From: Octopus vulgaris
Lineage: Eukaryota
NCBI GenBank assembly: GCA_951406725.2
Contig: OX597824.1
Coordinates: forward strand, 89,838,001-89,902,000
Length of the DNA: 64,000 nt
Direction of reading: 5' to 3'
The position numbers and the translations under genes were made by a program. The notes beneath the pieces were generated by a model that worked only from the letters and a program-made list of their open reading frames with translations, was not told the origin of the DNA and did not search any database. The number at the start of each line of letters is the position of its first letter. The first letter of the stretch is position 1. Of this stretch, positions 13,176 through 28,099 are shown one piece after another.

Positions 13176-13295
13176 CCTGCTCGCTTAGCCAGTGGGTTGG
13201 GGTCATTTGAAGGATAAAACGATGTGAAACGCATTGTGACTAGCGATGTGTAGCAACATCTGATAGCCTGATCGGTCACGGTGATCACAGTGATA
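12760..13295 (-). mobile_element. SINE family C with (TA)n-associated tail, plus an inverted copy of that tail at 13170-13295
   Basis: 12760-12868 matches 23320-23430; 13170-13295 is its reverse complement. Confidence 0.75.
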
Positions 13296-13792
13296 TATAT
13301 ATATATATATATGTAGGGGCTTCTTTCCACCTGCCAAATCCCTCGTTTTAGAGTCAGGCAGGGCTACATTTTCCAATGCGTCGTTTCCTTCCTTTATAGC
13401 TGTGATTTGAAGGCAACTTGGCATCTGTTTCTAGCATGTAGCGCCACCACGTGAAAGTTCCCCCCTCTTACTGGTACTGCATTTGGAGTTGCTAACGTTG
13501 TCATCGATTCAGCTGCTACTGCTGTTGTTGCTAGTGTTGCTGCTGTTGCTGTTGCTGTCGACACCGTCTCAACTACTGCTGCACCTGCCGCTGCTGTAGA
13601 TGTTTGTTGTCGTTCAAGCCGGCAATGTTACTACTGGTCATACTATTTCTGCTGCTAAATATAGATGTTGCCGCCGTGGTTGATAATGTTGCGTTTCTGG
13701 TTGTTGCCATTTGCTATATCACATGTGCTATTTACCTGCCTGTTGCTATTGCTGTTGGTATAATTATAATTGTTATAATTATTATTATTATT

Positions 13793-14338
13793 GAGTGAGA
13801 GAGCAGTGCATGCCATCAAAGTGACACTGGGGTAAAATATACGAAGCCCAATATACCCATCATGACTACCCGTCTGATAAGGGTACACCAGGCACATGCA
13901 TCACAACCATATGTGCGCAACATGGTGATCTCATATCAAGATAAACAGCGCATGACCTTGCAGGTGGGGCCCAGTTAGAATTTTCTTCAGGTCGAGTAAC
14001 CAATCCCGCCCAAAAGGTCCCTGAATAAGGATTGTTTAAGGATGTTGAACGAAACACCCATGTTTCCAGAGGTGAATTATTCAAACTCCAAAGAATCCCT
14101 CTCAACACATGACTATGATGCTCCCCCACTACTTCTGCTCGTGATCAGAGATGCACATATCGTCAGCCCCTAAGGGACATGCTCAACTGGTTAAGGTCAA
14201 ACAACTGACAAGCAAATCTGTGGTATTGAGCAGAATATTTGCTGTAGCCCATCTTTTATACCAAGACAAAACAATGTACATGATAACACTTCCAATCAGT
14301 TAAGATCAGAAGCCATGAGAGCCACTGCCTGGTACTGC

Positions 14339-14340
<2 letters not shown>
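13793..14340 (-). mobile_element. About 550-bp non-coding element inserted in (TAA)n
   Basis: Closely similar reverse complement of 56211-56758; both flanks are TAA/ATT repeats; strand is relative to the 56 kb copy. Confidence 0.8.
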
Positions 14341-14416
<76 letters not shown>

Positions 14417-14572
14417 GCTAATCTTATCGCTGGTGATTAATACTGTTGTTACTTCCTGCAGCTGTTTTTAATGTTGCTAAAGCTGCTAAAATGCAGTTGG
14501 TGCAGTGGCTTCTGTTATTGTTATGGTTGTTGGTATTGTGGTTTTTGTTTTTGTTGTTGTTGCTGTTGAGCG

Positions 14573-14939
14573 AATGGCCATCGTCCCAGAGCTCGCAAGA
14601 TGGGAGAAGTCCGAAACGTGGTCCTTTGCTATTCGTAAGACCCGCAGAAGAGAAAGCAGGTCAACCCCCGACACCGAAAGCATCGACGGATGGATGAATG
14701 CGCATCCGGGCTCAGCGGTTGCGTAGGGAGTCGGGGACAAGAAACAGGAAGAAAGAGTGAGAGAAAGTTGGAGCGAAAGAGTACAACAGGAGTCGGCATC
14801 CCCCCCTCCTGCCGGAGCCTCGTGGAGCTTTTAGGTGTTTTCGCTCAATAAACACACACAACGCCCGATCTGGGAATCGAAACCGCGATCCTCCGACCGC
14901 GAGTCCGCTGCCCTAACCATTGGGCAATTGTGCCTCCAC
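14573..14939 (-). mobile_element. SINE family C with an alternative GC-rich tail
   Basis: 14740-14939 matches the family C head and body; 14573-14740 differs from the other family C tails. Confidence 0.75.
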
Positions 14940-16293
14940 TGTTGCTGCTGTTTGCAATGCCATTCACGGTATTAATACTGCTACGTTGCGAACGCTTTCA
15001 GCTGCTAATATCGTTGTTGCTACTGACGCAACATGTCGTTATTATGGCTAATGCCGTAGTAGCTGCAGTTGCTATTTATTTGTAAAACCGTTTAATGTTG
15101 CTAACGCCCGGCTGCCGTTGCCGTGCCCGCAGTTGATGCTAACACCATTCACTGCTATTCACGTTGCTGCTATTGTTGCTATGGCTGCCGCACACAAACA
15201 TCTCAATGCCATTGTTCCTGTTGCTATTTTCCCCGCATTGTTGCTAATGTTAGTATGTTGCGAACACTGCGGCTACTATCGCTACACTTTCTGCTATTGC
15301 CCATTCTTGCACGAGACACCACACCGTGAATACTGCAAATCGCATAAATGTTGCTATGCGGCTTCAATCTCGTTAACGTTGCTAACGCTGCCCTAGCCGT
15401 TGCTATTGTTTCTACTACAGCCGTTATTGTCACGGCTGCAGCTGCTGTTGTCGTTGTTATGGCAGTTGTTGTTTTGCTGCAGCATGACCCGTTGATGATC
15501 GTAGTTGTCATTGCTTTGTTGTTGGAGTTGTTGCTGTTGTTTTGTTTCTGTGTGGTTTCTGCAAATGCATCGTGTTAATCTGGTAGCTGCAGCAACCGCT
15601 GCAGTTGGTGCTGTTTTTCTTACACTTTCTGTCACCATCGCTATTGCAGCTGTTGTTGTTGTTGTTGTTGTTGCATTTATCGTTGCAACAATATCTGCAG
15701 TTGCTGTTGTTGTTGTTATTTGCATTGTTGCATCTGCTGTTTCTTGTTCTTGTTATGGCCACCACCCCCTTATCTTGTTGATGTTGTCGTTGCGGCGCTG
15801 CGAACAACGTTGGTGACATTGTCATTCCTGCTGCTGCTGCTGCTGCTGCAGATGTTGCTGATACGGTCGCTGCTGCACGGTGCAAAACATTGATAACATT
15901 GTTGATGCTCTTGCTACTGCCGCGGCTTCTGCTGCTACCGTTGCTGTTGCAGCTGTTGTTGCTGCAGCCATCACTGCTACTGCTGTTGCTGTTGCTGTTG
16001 TTGTTGTTGCTGAAGCACCAAACAAAAACAGCGATGCCATTGTTGCTGCAGATAGTTATTGTTACTTTTGCTGTTGTATTTCCTGCACCACCACCACCAC
16101 CACCGCCGCCGCCGCCGCCGTCGCCACCACCACCGCTATCGTTGCATTTGTTGCAAAAAGCGGCTTCAGTTGCAGCTGCAGCAACAGCGGCAGCAGCAAC
16201 AAATGCAACAACAGCCGCAGCAGCAACATCAGCAGCAACAGCAGCAACAGCAGCAACAGCAGCAACAACAGCAGCAGCAACTGCAGTAACAGC

Positions 16294-16324
<31 letters not shown>

Positions 16325-16759
16325 ACAGCAACAACAGCAGCAACAGCAGTAACAACAGCAGCAGCAACAGCAGCAGCAACAGCAGCAGCAACAGCAGCAG
16401 CAGCAACAGCAACAGCAGCAACAACATCAGCAGCAACAGCAGCAACAGCAGCAACAACAGCAGCAGCAACAGCAGCAACAACAGCAGCAACAGCAGCAAC
16501 AACAGCAGCAGCAACAGCAGCAGCAACAGCACCACCAACAGCAGCAACCGCAGCAACAGCACCAGCACCAGCAACAGCAGAACAGCAACAACAGCAGCAA
16601 CAGCAGCACCAACAGCAGCTGCACCAACAGCACCACCAACAGCTGTCAGCTGCTGCCGCTTTTGTTGTTGTTGTCGTTGCAGTTGCTGTATAATATGCAG
16701 CAACTGCAGCAGCTGCTGATGTTGCTTCTCTTGCCGATGCTGATGCTGCGGTTTTTCAC

Positions 16760-16970
16760 TACAAACCACGCCCCTTTACGTTTTTCTGCTATGACGTCAC
16801 AGTCATAGTAACCAGCATTAGCAACAGACTACCATATTTGGCGTTGCTAGCCGCGCTATATTTCTAGTCTCTTGCCATATTTAGAACCGACAGTCGGCAA
16901 AGCCAAAGTTAAAGCGGAAAAAAAATAAGCACAAACCGGCTTTGGTGACACATTCGCCATCTTGGCTGAC
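16760..16970. promoter_or_regulatory. Candidate enhancer or promoter: GC-box, CRE, CArG, RFX-like and YY1-like motifs
   Basis: CCACGCCCC 16766-16774; TGACGTCA 16792-16799; CCATATTTGG 16832-16841; CCATATTTAG 16875-16884; CGCCATCTT 16955-16963; a unique island amid repeats. Confidence 0.45.
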
Positions 16971-17067
16971 AGGGTCGCTGCATGTTTTTTTCTTTGTGTA
17001 TGTGTGTGTGTGTGTGTGTGTGTTCCTTGTAGATGTTGTTTGTGGTGGATATTGTTGTTGTTGTTGC

Positions 17068-17098
<31 letters not shown>

Positions 17099-17673
17099 GA
17101 TGATGATGATGATGTTTTGTTTATTACTGTCGGTGTTTTTCTTGCGTTTGTGTTCGCGGATGCTGCGATGGTGTCGGTGGTTATCGCTGTGGCTGTTTCA
17201 TGATGATGATGGTGGTGGTGGTGGTGGTGAATGTGGTGACGGCGGCGGCGGCGGCGGCAGTGGTGCTAATGATGATGATTGCATCGACAGTAGTGGTGAC
17301 AATATCCTCCACTTCCTCCACCTTCACCACCTCCTCCTCCTCCTCCTCCTCCTCCTCCTCATCATCCTCCTCCTCCTCATCATCATCATCATCATCAACA
17401 TCATCATCATCGTATACTCGTTGCCTATTGTGGCTTTCGCTGTTGCTGCACATAATGATAAGGAAGACAACGACGACGCCCATAATAATGATGATGATGA
17501 TGATGGTGGTGGTCGTGGTGGTCGTCGTCGTCGGTGGTGGTCGTGGTGGTAGCTGTAGTGATTGTAGTGGTGGTGTTGTTTGTGTTGTTGGTTGGGGTCA
17601 TGGAGAAAATGAACATCAGGATCCTCTTTATTATTATTATTATCATTATTATCATTATTATTATTTATTATTA

Positions 17674-17728
<55 letters not shown>

Positions 17729-18257
17729 CATCATCATCATCATTACCGTTATCATTATTAGCTCTCATCACTTTCTACAAGTATTACTTGAAGATGGAGA
17801 TGCTGTCTTGCTGTGTGTTTATTAAAAGATGAACGAGAGGGACAAGACTGGCGGGGCTGAATCGGCCTATACTCCGAGTACACTTTTCTACGTAGGAGGA
17901 AAGAAACTGGAAGAGACCACTCCCAAAGCCTTGAAGGCAACAGAGAAAACCTGGTTCTTTTTGTAGGGGGTTTCCCCCAAATTACCCTAGATGGACTGTT
18001 CCGTTATTGGCAATTCTGTTTTTCTCAATTCTAGTCTTTTGGTTAACCTTTGTTACATTCTATTTCGGTCGATGTAAAGCCCCCCCCCCCCCGCCGTCGC
18101 TCCGCCCTTTCTTTGTGTGCTCCACTTCGTCCATTGGTATTGTCCTTAATGCCTTGGGCTCTTGTGGCCAATAAGAGAAACCCGTCTTCTCCACCTCCTC
18201 ATCTCGGCATCTCCACTATCGTTATTACTATTGCTGTTGCTGCTGCTGCTGCTGCTG

Positions 18258-18313
<56 letters not shown>

Positions 18314-18377
18314 GCTGCTGCTACTACTACTGCTACTACTACTGCTACTACTACTACTACTACTACTGGTACTACAC

Positions 18378-18605
18378 AGGCGGCGAGCTGGCAGAATCGC
18401 AAGCACGCTGGACGAAATGCCGCTAAGCTTCGCGGCATTTCGTCCTTCTTTACGTTCAGAGTTCAAATTCCGCCCTTGGTTGACTTTGCTTTTTTATCGT
18501 TGCTGGGGGCGGGGGTCGTTAAAATAAGCAACAGTTGATGACAGGGGTCGATGTAATCGACTTAGCCCCTGCCCTGAAATCACTGGCCTTGTCTCAAAAT
18601 TTGAA
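18378..18605 (+). mobile_element. SINE family B
   Basis: GGCGAGCTGGCAGAATCG..GAGTTCAAATTCCGCC..GACTTTGC..GGGGTCGATGTAATCGACTT. Confidence 0.75.
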
Positions 18606-18638
18606 GCCTAATTATTATTATTATTATTATTATCTTCA

Positions 18639-18745
<107 letters not shown>

Positions 18746-18848
18746 GTTGTTGTTGTTGTTGTTGTTATTATTATTATTATTATTATTAGTAGTAGTAGTA
18801 GTAGTAGTATCATTATTATTGTTGTTATTGTTGTTATTGTTATTATTG

Positions 18849-18894
<46 letters not shown>

Positions 18895-18920
18895 CATCAT
18901 CATTATTATTATCATCATCA

Positions 18921-18984
<64 letters not shown>

Positions 18985-19623
18985 CATTATGTAGCCGTTC
19001 TGTTGTTGCTTTCTGACGATCTCCCTGTTAACTACTGCGAATGCGGTGGTTTTCGTTTTTGCTGCGGTCGATGTTGTAGTAGTGGAGGCTTTCGTGGTTG
19101 CAAAAATTGACAACAATCTACGACGGCGATGGTGGTGGCCATCATCATCATCATAATCGTCATCATCGTCGTCATCGTGACAACGACGACGACAACGATG
19201 TCAATGATGGTGGTGATGGTATCGGTGGCGGTATTTCTGGTGGTGGTGGTTATGGCGGTGGTGATGGTGATGATGACGATGATGATGATGAGGAGGAGGA
19301 GGAGGATGGTGATGCTGCTGCTGCTGATGATGATGGTGATGATGCTGACGACGATGATGACGACTACGACGATGATGACGACGACGAGGATGATGACGAT
19401 GGTGATGGTAGTGGCAGTGGTGGTGGTGGTGGTGGTGGTGGTGAAAAAGAGGCGGAGGAAGGGGAGGATCACAGCAACGATGACAACGATGATGACGATG
19501 ATGATAATGATGATGGTGATGGTAATGATGATGATGGTGATGATGTTGATGGTGATGGTGATGACGATGATGACAGTGATGATGATGAAGGTGATGGTGA
19601 TGATGGTGATGATGATGATGAAT

Positions 19624-19680
<57 letters not shown>

Positions 19681-20252
19681 GCTGGTGTTATTGAAGTTGC
19701 TTTTGCTGTCTTGCTTCTCGTTTTCGAAGTCCTCCTCATCGTAGTGCTGCTGCTGCTGTTGTTGTTGTTGCTGCTGCTGCTGCTGCTACTCTTGTTGTTG
19801 TCGTTGTCGTCGATACTGTTGCTTGATCCCCAGATCAACCATCATCGAACAGATAGATCCATAATTGGCGACGTTCCAGTCGTGACCAATCGCCAAACTC
19901 CGCACAATCACAGTATGACTAAGAACAACCTTATCCAATAGGCTTTACGCTTCTTCCCCTTTATAAGGGGATGACTGAGTGTAGTTTGAGGGAGGGTTTT
20001 GACTGGTATTTCTTGCAGACAGAATGACCAGATAGAGTCACGCTTATCGCTGTTACTATTACTATTTTTGTTGTTGTTGCTGTTGTTGTTGTTAGTGGTA
20101 GTAGTAATAGTGGTGGTGGTGGTGGTGTCGGAGGGGAAGCGATAGTATTGGTGGCGGTGGCGGCGAAGGTAATAATAATAAATGTCTTCTATTGCTTACC
20201 GGCGTTGCTTTTGAAGAATGTTGTTGTTGTTGTTGATGACGATGATGATGAC

Positions 20253-20323
<71 letters not shown>

Positions 20324-20687
20324 CGATGATGATGACGATGATGGTGATGATGATGATGACGATGACGATGATGATGACGATGATGGTGATGATGATGATG
20401 ACGATGACGATGACGGTGATGATGACGATGATGATGATGATGACAATGATGATGATGATGATGATGACGATGACGATGATGATGATGATGATGATGGTGA
20501 TGGTGATGATGGTGCTGTTGTTGTGGTTCTTGTTAAACGAACCTACATACAAACGCACCCCCCCAAAGAACAGCCTGTTGCACATCGACGTTTCATGCTG
20601 TACGTTTTCTTCTTCCCATTCTTGATGTTGTTGACGCTGCTGCTGCTGTCGCTGCTGCTGCTGTCGCTGCTAAACTGCTGTTCCTAC

Positions 20688-20720
<33 letters not shown>

Positions 20721-20729
20721 CTATTAAAA

Positions 20730-20779
<50 letters not shown>

Positions 20780-21464
20780 GTCATTATTATTATTATTATT
20801 ATTATTAATATTATTATTATTATTATTATTATTATTGTTGTTGTTGTTATTATTATTATTATTGTTGTTGTTGTTGTTATTATTATTATTATTATTATCA
20901 TTACCATTATTATTGTGGTTGTTGCTGTTTTCATACATGCTGTATTTGATATTGGGGAAATTTTGCATTTGTTGTTGTTGTTGTTGTTGTTGTTGATATT
21001 GTTTATATTTATCGATGTTACTAGTGTTACCAAAAAACTCTAAGTCATCGATTCCGGCGTTTCTCTTTTGATTTCGTTGCTGCTGTTGCTGCTGTTGCTG
21101 CTGCTGCTGCTGCAGCTGCTATTGTTGTTGGTATTTTTTTTTTAATTCTTGTGGTTGCTGTTGTTGTCGATGTTGGTGTTGGTGTTGGTGGTCGTGGTCG
21201 TGGTGGTATTGCTGTTGTTTTATACTGACAAATATGTTTAACGTATATAGATGTTGGGTGTATTTTTTTTATGTCTCTTCTACAAAAGTCTTGTTTATTT
21301 ATATTTAATTACGCATTTATTTTACCTATGGTACCTATTTGTTTTACCTGACAGCGAGGAGCAGGTACCCGAAACGACTCAAGCAAAACAAAATAACCCC
21401 AAAAAACAAATACACATACAAACACGTATACATACCTATATATTATGCATGTTTGTATGTATAG

Positions 21465-21575
<111 letters not shown>

Positions 21576-21590
21576 AATCTATCAATCTAC

Positions 21591-21623
<33 letters not shown>

Positions 21624-21630
21624 AATCTAC

Positions 21631-21688
<58 letters not shown>

Positions 21689-21837
21689 AACTATTTATAT
21701 ATCTAACTACACACACACACACACGTATATACAATTTTACATTTGGATATAAACCTTGTAGTGTTTATATATGTATGTGTGTATGTAAATAGGTAGTTCT
21801 GTATACGTATATATGCACACACATACATACACTCATA

Positions 21838-21916
<79 letters not shown>

Positions 21917-21930
21917 ACATATATATGTAT

Positions 21931-21961
<31 letters not shown>

Positions 21962-21975
21962 CATATATATGTATA

Positions 21976-22016
<41 letters not shown>

Positions 22017-22340
22017 TTATGACTGTGTAGATGTGGGAATATGCATGTAACTATAGGTGTATATCTATTTATCATTCCCTCTTCCTTCCTTCCTTCCTTC
22101 CTTTCTTTCTTTCTTTCTTCCTTTCTTTCTCTCTTTCTTTCTGTCAGTCTGTGTGTTTGTGTGTCTCTATGTGTGTCTGTGAGTGCGTGACATATGCACC
22201 GCACCATAGTTTGCAGCTAAAGCCGAACTCCATAAATCCTGTAAACTACTAAATTCCAGACAAACTGACATTAATTACTGACAACAAACATCTACATCAA
22301 AATCTAATTAAAGATATGAATCTAATACATACATACATGC

Positions 22341-22445
<105 letters not shown>

Positions 22446-22485
22446 CATATATACATATGTACGTATATATATATACATATGTACG

Positions 22486-22525
<40 letters not shown>

Positions 22526-22539
22526 TTAATCCAAACAAG

Positions 22540-22845
22540 AAAACACAAAAAAAACACAACAACACGAGGACGTGCAACAAATGTAGTTTTATTGGACGCT
22601 CAGAAAAGAAGGAAAAAAGGAGGGTTTAACGTTTCGTGCGGAGCTCTACGTCGGAAACGTACGTATATATATATATGTAAAAGTAAAACAATATACAAAC
22701 TGGGACAAGAACGTGAAACACCTAGAAGACGACACAAGAAACACATGACGGGACATTCGAAGCCCTCAATCATCAGTCAAGAACCGGATCATCTTCGCAA
22801 TTTCGGCCGATTAATCTTGAGATTGCTCCGATCTGGGCAGCCCCA
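22540..22845 (-). mobile_element. Penelope-like terminal-repeat remnant with degenerate HHR (22624-22658)
   Basis: rc GUUU-CCGACGU-A-GAGC-UCC-GCAC-GAAAC-GUU-AAAC; flanked by (TA)n. Confidence 0.55.
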
Positions 22846-22964
22846 TATATATATATATATATATGTAAATTTACACACACATGCAGATATTTGTATGTAT
22901 GTATATATATTAAACTAGATATGTAACTATTTTTATATCTCTCTACATGCATGTACATATATTC

Positions 22965-23110
22965 ACCAAAAAAAAAAAAAGCAAAAGACTAAGACAGGCG
23001 GTGTAGACAACAAACAGATGTATTAGTTTAACGCTCAGGGAGTAAAACTTTAACGTTTCGAACCTACGCTCTTCCACCGAAAGGAGCACAGAAAGAAAAA
23101 AAGAATAAGA
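22965..23110 (-). mobile_element. Penelope-like terminal-repeat remnant with degenerate HHR (23048-23083); same family as 60800-60940
   Basis: rc CUUU-CGGUGGA-A-GAGC-GUAG-GUUC-GAAAC-GUU-AAAG; shared GGTGTAGACAACAAACAGATGTATTAGTTTAACGCTC. Confidence 0.6.
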
Positions 23111-23319
23111 ACAACTAGTGTAGGAAGAAGTGACAAATGGAAATAAAGCCGAAAGTACAAAAAGTTTTAGAAAGTTTTAGAAAGTATAAAAAAGTTAAGA
23201 AAAGTTCCAAATGCTCATAAACTTCTAACGTCGTGGTGCATTGGAGCGATTTATCACCAAAAGACGAGTCCAGTGTAATCCATGGGCAGGAGAGGTGCTG
23301 CTGAAGTGTATATATATAT

Positions 23320-23837
<518 letters not shown>

Positions 23838-24227
23838 TACACCCGAATCATATTTGCAATGGTGTATTCCATTTTATTTCTGTCACATATTCACGGTTAT
23901 AGCTCTAATTAATTTTTAATTACTGGGCATTTTTAGCTTAGAAGTAAGATGTCTTGTGAAGCTCATGTTTGTCCAACTTTGAAATATATGCAGACACAGA
24001 GACTCGTAGGTAGGTAGGTAGGTAGGTTGGTAGGTAGGTAGGTAGGTACGTAGGTAGGTTGGTAGGTAGGTAGGTAGGTAGGTAGGTAGGTAGGTAGGTA
24101 GTAGGTAGGGGAGAGAGAGTGAGAATGCGAGAAAGAGGGGGGAGGGAAAGGGAGAGAGAGAGGGAGAAATGGACGGATGGGTGGATGAATGGATCGCTGG
24201 ATAGATAGATATAAATAAATAGATAGA

Positions 24228-24309
<82 letters not shown>

Positions 24310-24339
24310 AAGAGATAGATAGATAGATAGATAGATAGT

Positions 24340-24375
<36 letters not shown>

Positions 24376-24379
24376 TAGT

Positions 24380-24417
<38 letters not shown>

Positions 24418-24855
24418 TAGATAGACTAACAGACAGATACACAGTGAGATAGGCAGGCAGACTGTCAAACAGATACACACATAGGTATATAGTAAGGTTA
24501 AAGAGATACATACATGCCTAGATCTTTCATTATATACACAGAGAATACGAACGAAACCCCCACAAGCGTGCTCGATGCGCATGCGCAATGCGTGAGAATA
24601 CCGGGCATTAAACAAATGCTGTTTATGTGGGTGTATTACATGCGGACGTTTGTGTGTGTATGTGTTTTGCATACATACATACAAACATATATACATACAT
24701 ATATATATAGATGTGTATATAAATATATATATATATATGTACATAAAGTAACGCTGCAGGAACATCGCAAAATTATCACAAAAATCTGCTACTCAGAGTT
24801 TCACGTTCGCGCTCGTCAGACAGTTTTGATTGAGAATTTGTGTTCTTACTTTGGT

Positions 24856-24953
<98 letters not shown>

Positions 24954-25245
24954 ACACACATACATATAAAGCACACAGTTACACTGATACATATGACTAT
25001 ATATATATACACATAAATGCATACAGACTGACAGAGAGACAGACATCACGCATCCATACCGTCATACATTCACAGATGTATACACACCGCTGCATACACC
25101 CACATAAAGAGCGTTTGTCTTATGCTGTATAGGTTCGCATACGCACTGATTGTCACGTATTGCGCATGCGTACGCAACACGCATTGAGTGACTGTAATTT
25201 GGTCGGAAATCGAGTTTGCGTCATATAAATGGACAGACAATTATG

Positions 25246-25283
<38 letters not shown>

Positions 25284-25445
25284 AACACACACACACACAC
25301 AAACACACACACAAACACACACACACACTCAAACACACACACAAACACACACACAAACACAAACACACACACACACACACACAAATACACACACACACAC
25401 AAACACACACACACACTCAAACACACACACACACACACACACTCA

Positions 25446-25515
<70 letters not shown>

Positions 25516-25518
25516 CAC

Positions 25519-25572
<54 letters not shown>

Positions 25573-25584
25573 CAAACACACACA

Positions 25585-25680
<96 letters not shown>

Positions 25681-25897
25681 TCATATATAGAGAGATGAAG
25701 GAAAATTCGCTATGTCTATCTATCTATCTATCTATCTGTGTGTCTGTCTGTCTGTCTGCTTGCCTACCTGCCTACCTACCTACCTACTTACCTACCTACA
25801 TACCTACCTACCTAGTTGTCTATCTATCTATCAGCCATCCTCTCTCTCTCTCTCTCTCTCTTTCTTCTGTCTTGTCCCTTTCTATACACACACGCAG

Positions 25898-25933
<36 letters not shown>

Positions 25934-26085
25934 CCCACGCAACTTAACCTGCGCGTAAGCATTTTTATATACATACGTATATTATACATACGTGTGTGTG
26001 CTTGTATATAATATACGCATACACACCTCTCTCTCTCAATATATATATGCATATATATAAATACATACATATATATACGCATATG

Positions 26086-26126
<41 letters not shown>

Positions 26127-26419
26127 GTCATCTAATCTATGTATATATATATATATATAGTGATAAAGATATTGTGATGTAGTTATATTTAAACAGTTCT
26201 TGCATCATATAGGCACGTGTGTGTGTGTGTATAATTGAGGAGAGGTGTGTGTATACATACATGCATACACACACACTGACGCACGTACACACGTACACAC
26301 GTACACATATGGTTATATCTATGTATATCTACAATTACAAATATCCTAAGATACTCGAGCACGTGTTAGCGCACGCATATTCATGCCAGATATGTTGCAA
26401 TGAGTGTGTATGTATGTAT

Positions 26420-26475
<56 letters not shown>

Positions 26476-26596
26476 GAGTGCATGTGTGTGTGTGTGTGTA
26501 CGTATGAGCGTGTACCTGTATGTGTGTGTATATGTGCATGTGTAGGGGACACGTTTATCTATCTATCTATCTATATCTTTCTATCTATCTAGCTAG

Positions 26597-26638
<42 letters not shown>

Positions 26639-27175
26639 CATATATATACATATACACACATACATCATATATATCTATATCTATCTATCTATATATTTCT
26701 CTCTATATATATATACGTACACACGTCAACACACACAAGCGTGTGTGTGTGTATAGATACATATAAACTACGACGCTGCTGGGGCATCGCCTTGAAACCG
26801 GTCAGTCGAACAAATTGATCCCTCTACCATGTTTAATTTGTTTTTCAGCCAATTACTTAATCTGTCTGTTTCTCATGCCGAGCCTCTAAGTAACAGGGAC
26901 GTAAACAAACCAACGCCGGTTGTCTAGCGATGGTGGGGGGCGAACAAATAAACAAACAAACACAAAATACAAAGGCACTATGGGATGTATTTTCGTTATG
27001 TCATGCGTGTGAATATGCTTGGGAATGTGTGTGTGTGTGTGAAGATCATGTCTGTTTAATGTATCTAATATATACACGCCTAGATATCTGGTTGCTAATG
27101 TCACCTTATATACTTTACTAGTGCACGACTCAGGTTTTACGCTTCAAATAAGCTACACTTACCTTGATCGAAATA

Positions 27176-27514
27176 GGAGACCCCCTTCGGTCATGAATGA
27201 CCATGGGATTGCACCTAGAAAGTTACCCTCCCAGGCACAAGTCCGGGCAAGGTTGTTTATGGAAGACCAGCAGTCGCCCATGCATACGAGCCTCTCCTGT
27301 CCACACCACTGATGTTATCCAAGGAAAAGGCAAAGGGGCCGATACAGCTTGGCACCAGTGATGTCGCAACTCATTTCTAGAGCTGAGTGAACTGGAGCAA
27401 CGTGAAATAAAGTGTCTTGCTCAAGAACACAACACGCAGGCCGGTCCGGGATTCGATCTCACAACCTCACGATCGTCAGCTCGACGCTCTAATCACTGAG
27501 CCATGCGCCTTCAC
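27176..27514 (-). mobile_element. SINE family D (tRNA head plus CORE-like block), full length
   Basis: rc GTGAAGGCGCATGGCTCAGTG-TTAGAGCG..GATCGAATCCC..TTCTTGAGCAAGACACTTTATTTCACGTTGCTCCAGTTCACTCAGCT. Confidence 0.8.
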
Positions 27515-27917
27515 AGCTTGATCGAAATAAAGATATATATTTAAGAGAATTGCATAAAAGATGAAATAATATTAAAATAAAAGGAACATTTAATGGATCA
27601 AAACGTAAATCAGTTTTCATGGAGCATATTACCATTGTCCTGTTGAATCGTCTTATACTATGCGGGAAATACTTTCGGCCTGATGACGTATTGTCCCTAA
27701 AGTGTGAGTTTAATTAGTGTTGCAGGTAAGTAATAGAAAAATGACTGTAAAACGATTATCATTCATTTATTTTTTCTGAAATGACTGGAAAAAATTAAGG
27801 TGGACAGGACCTGTAAATTGTATAAGTTACTTGTGTGTTGAGTGAGAGGCCAAGGTAGAAATAGTGTCAGACGGACAGATAGACAGACCGACAGACTGGC
27901 AGGTAGACAAGCAGAGG

Positions 27918-27989
<72 letters not shown>

Positions 27990-28055
27990 CGTCAGAAGTG
28001 ACTTATTAACAGCTTTGGAGGAAAGAATATGAAACTCAGTTCTCTGTTAGTTCCA

Positions 28056-28099
<44 letters not shown>

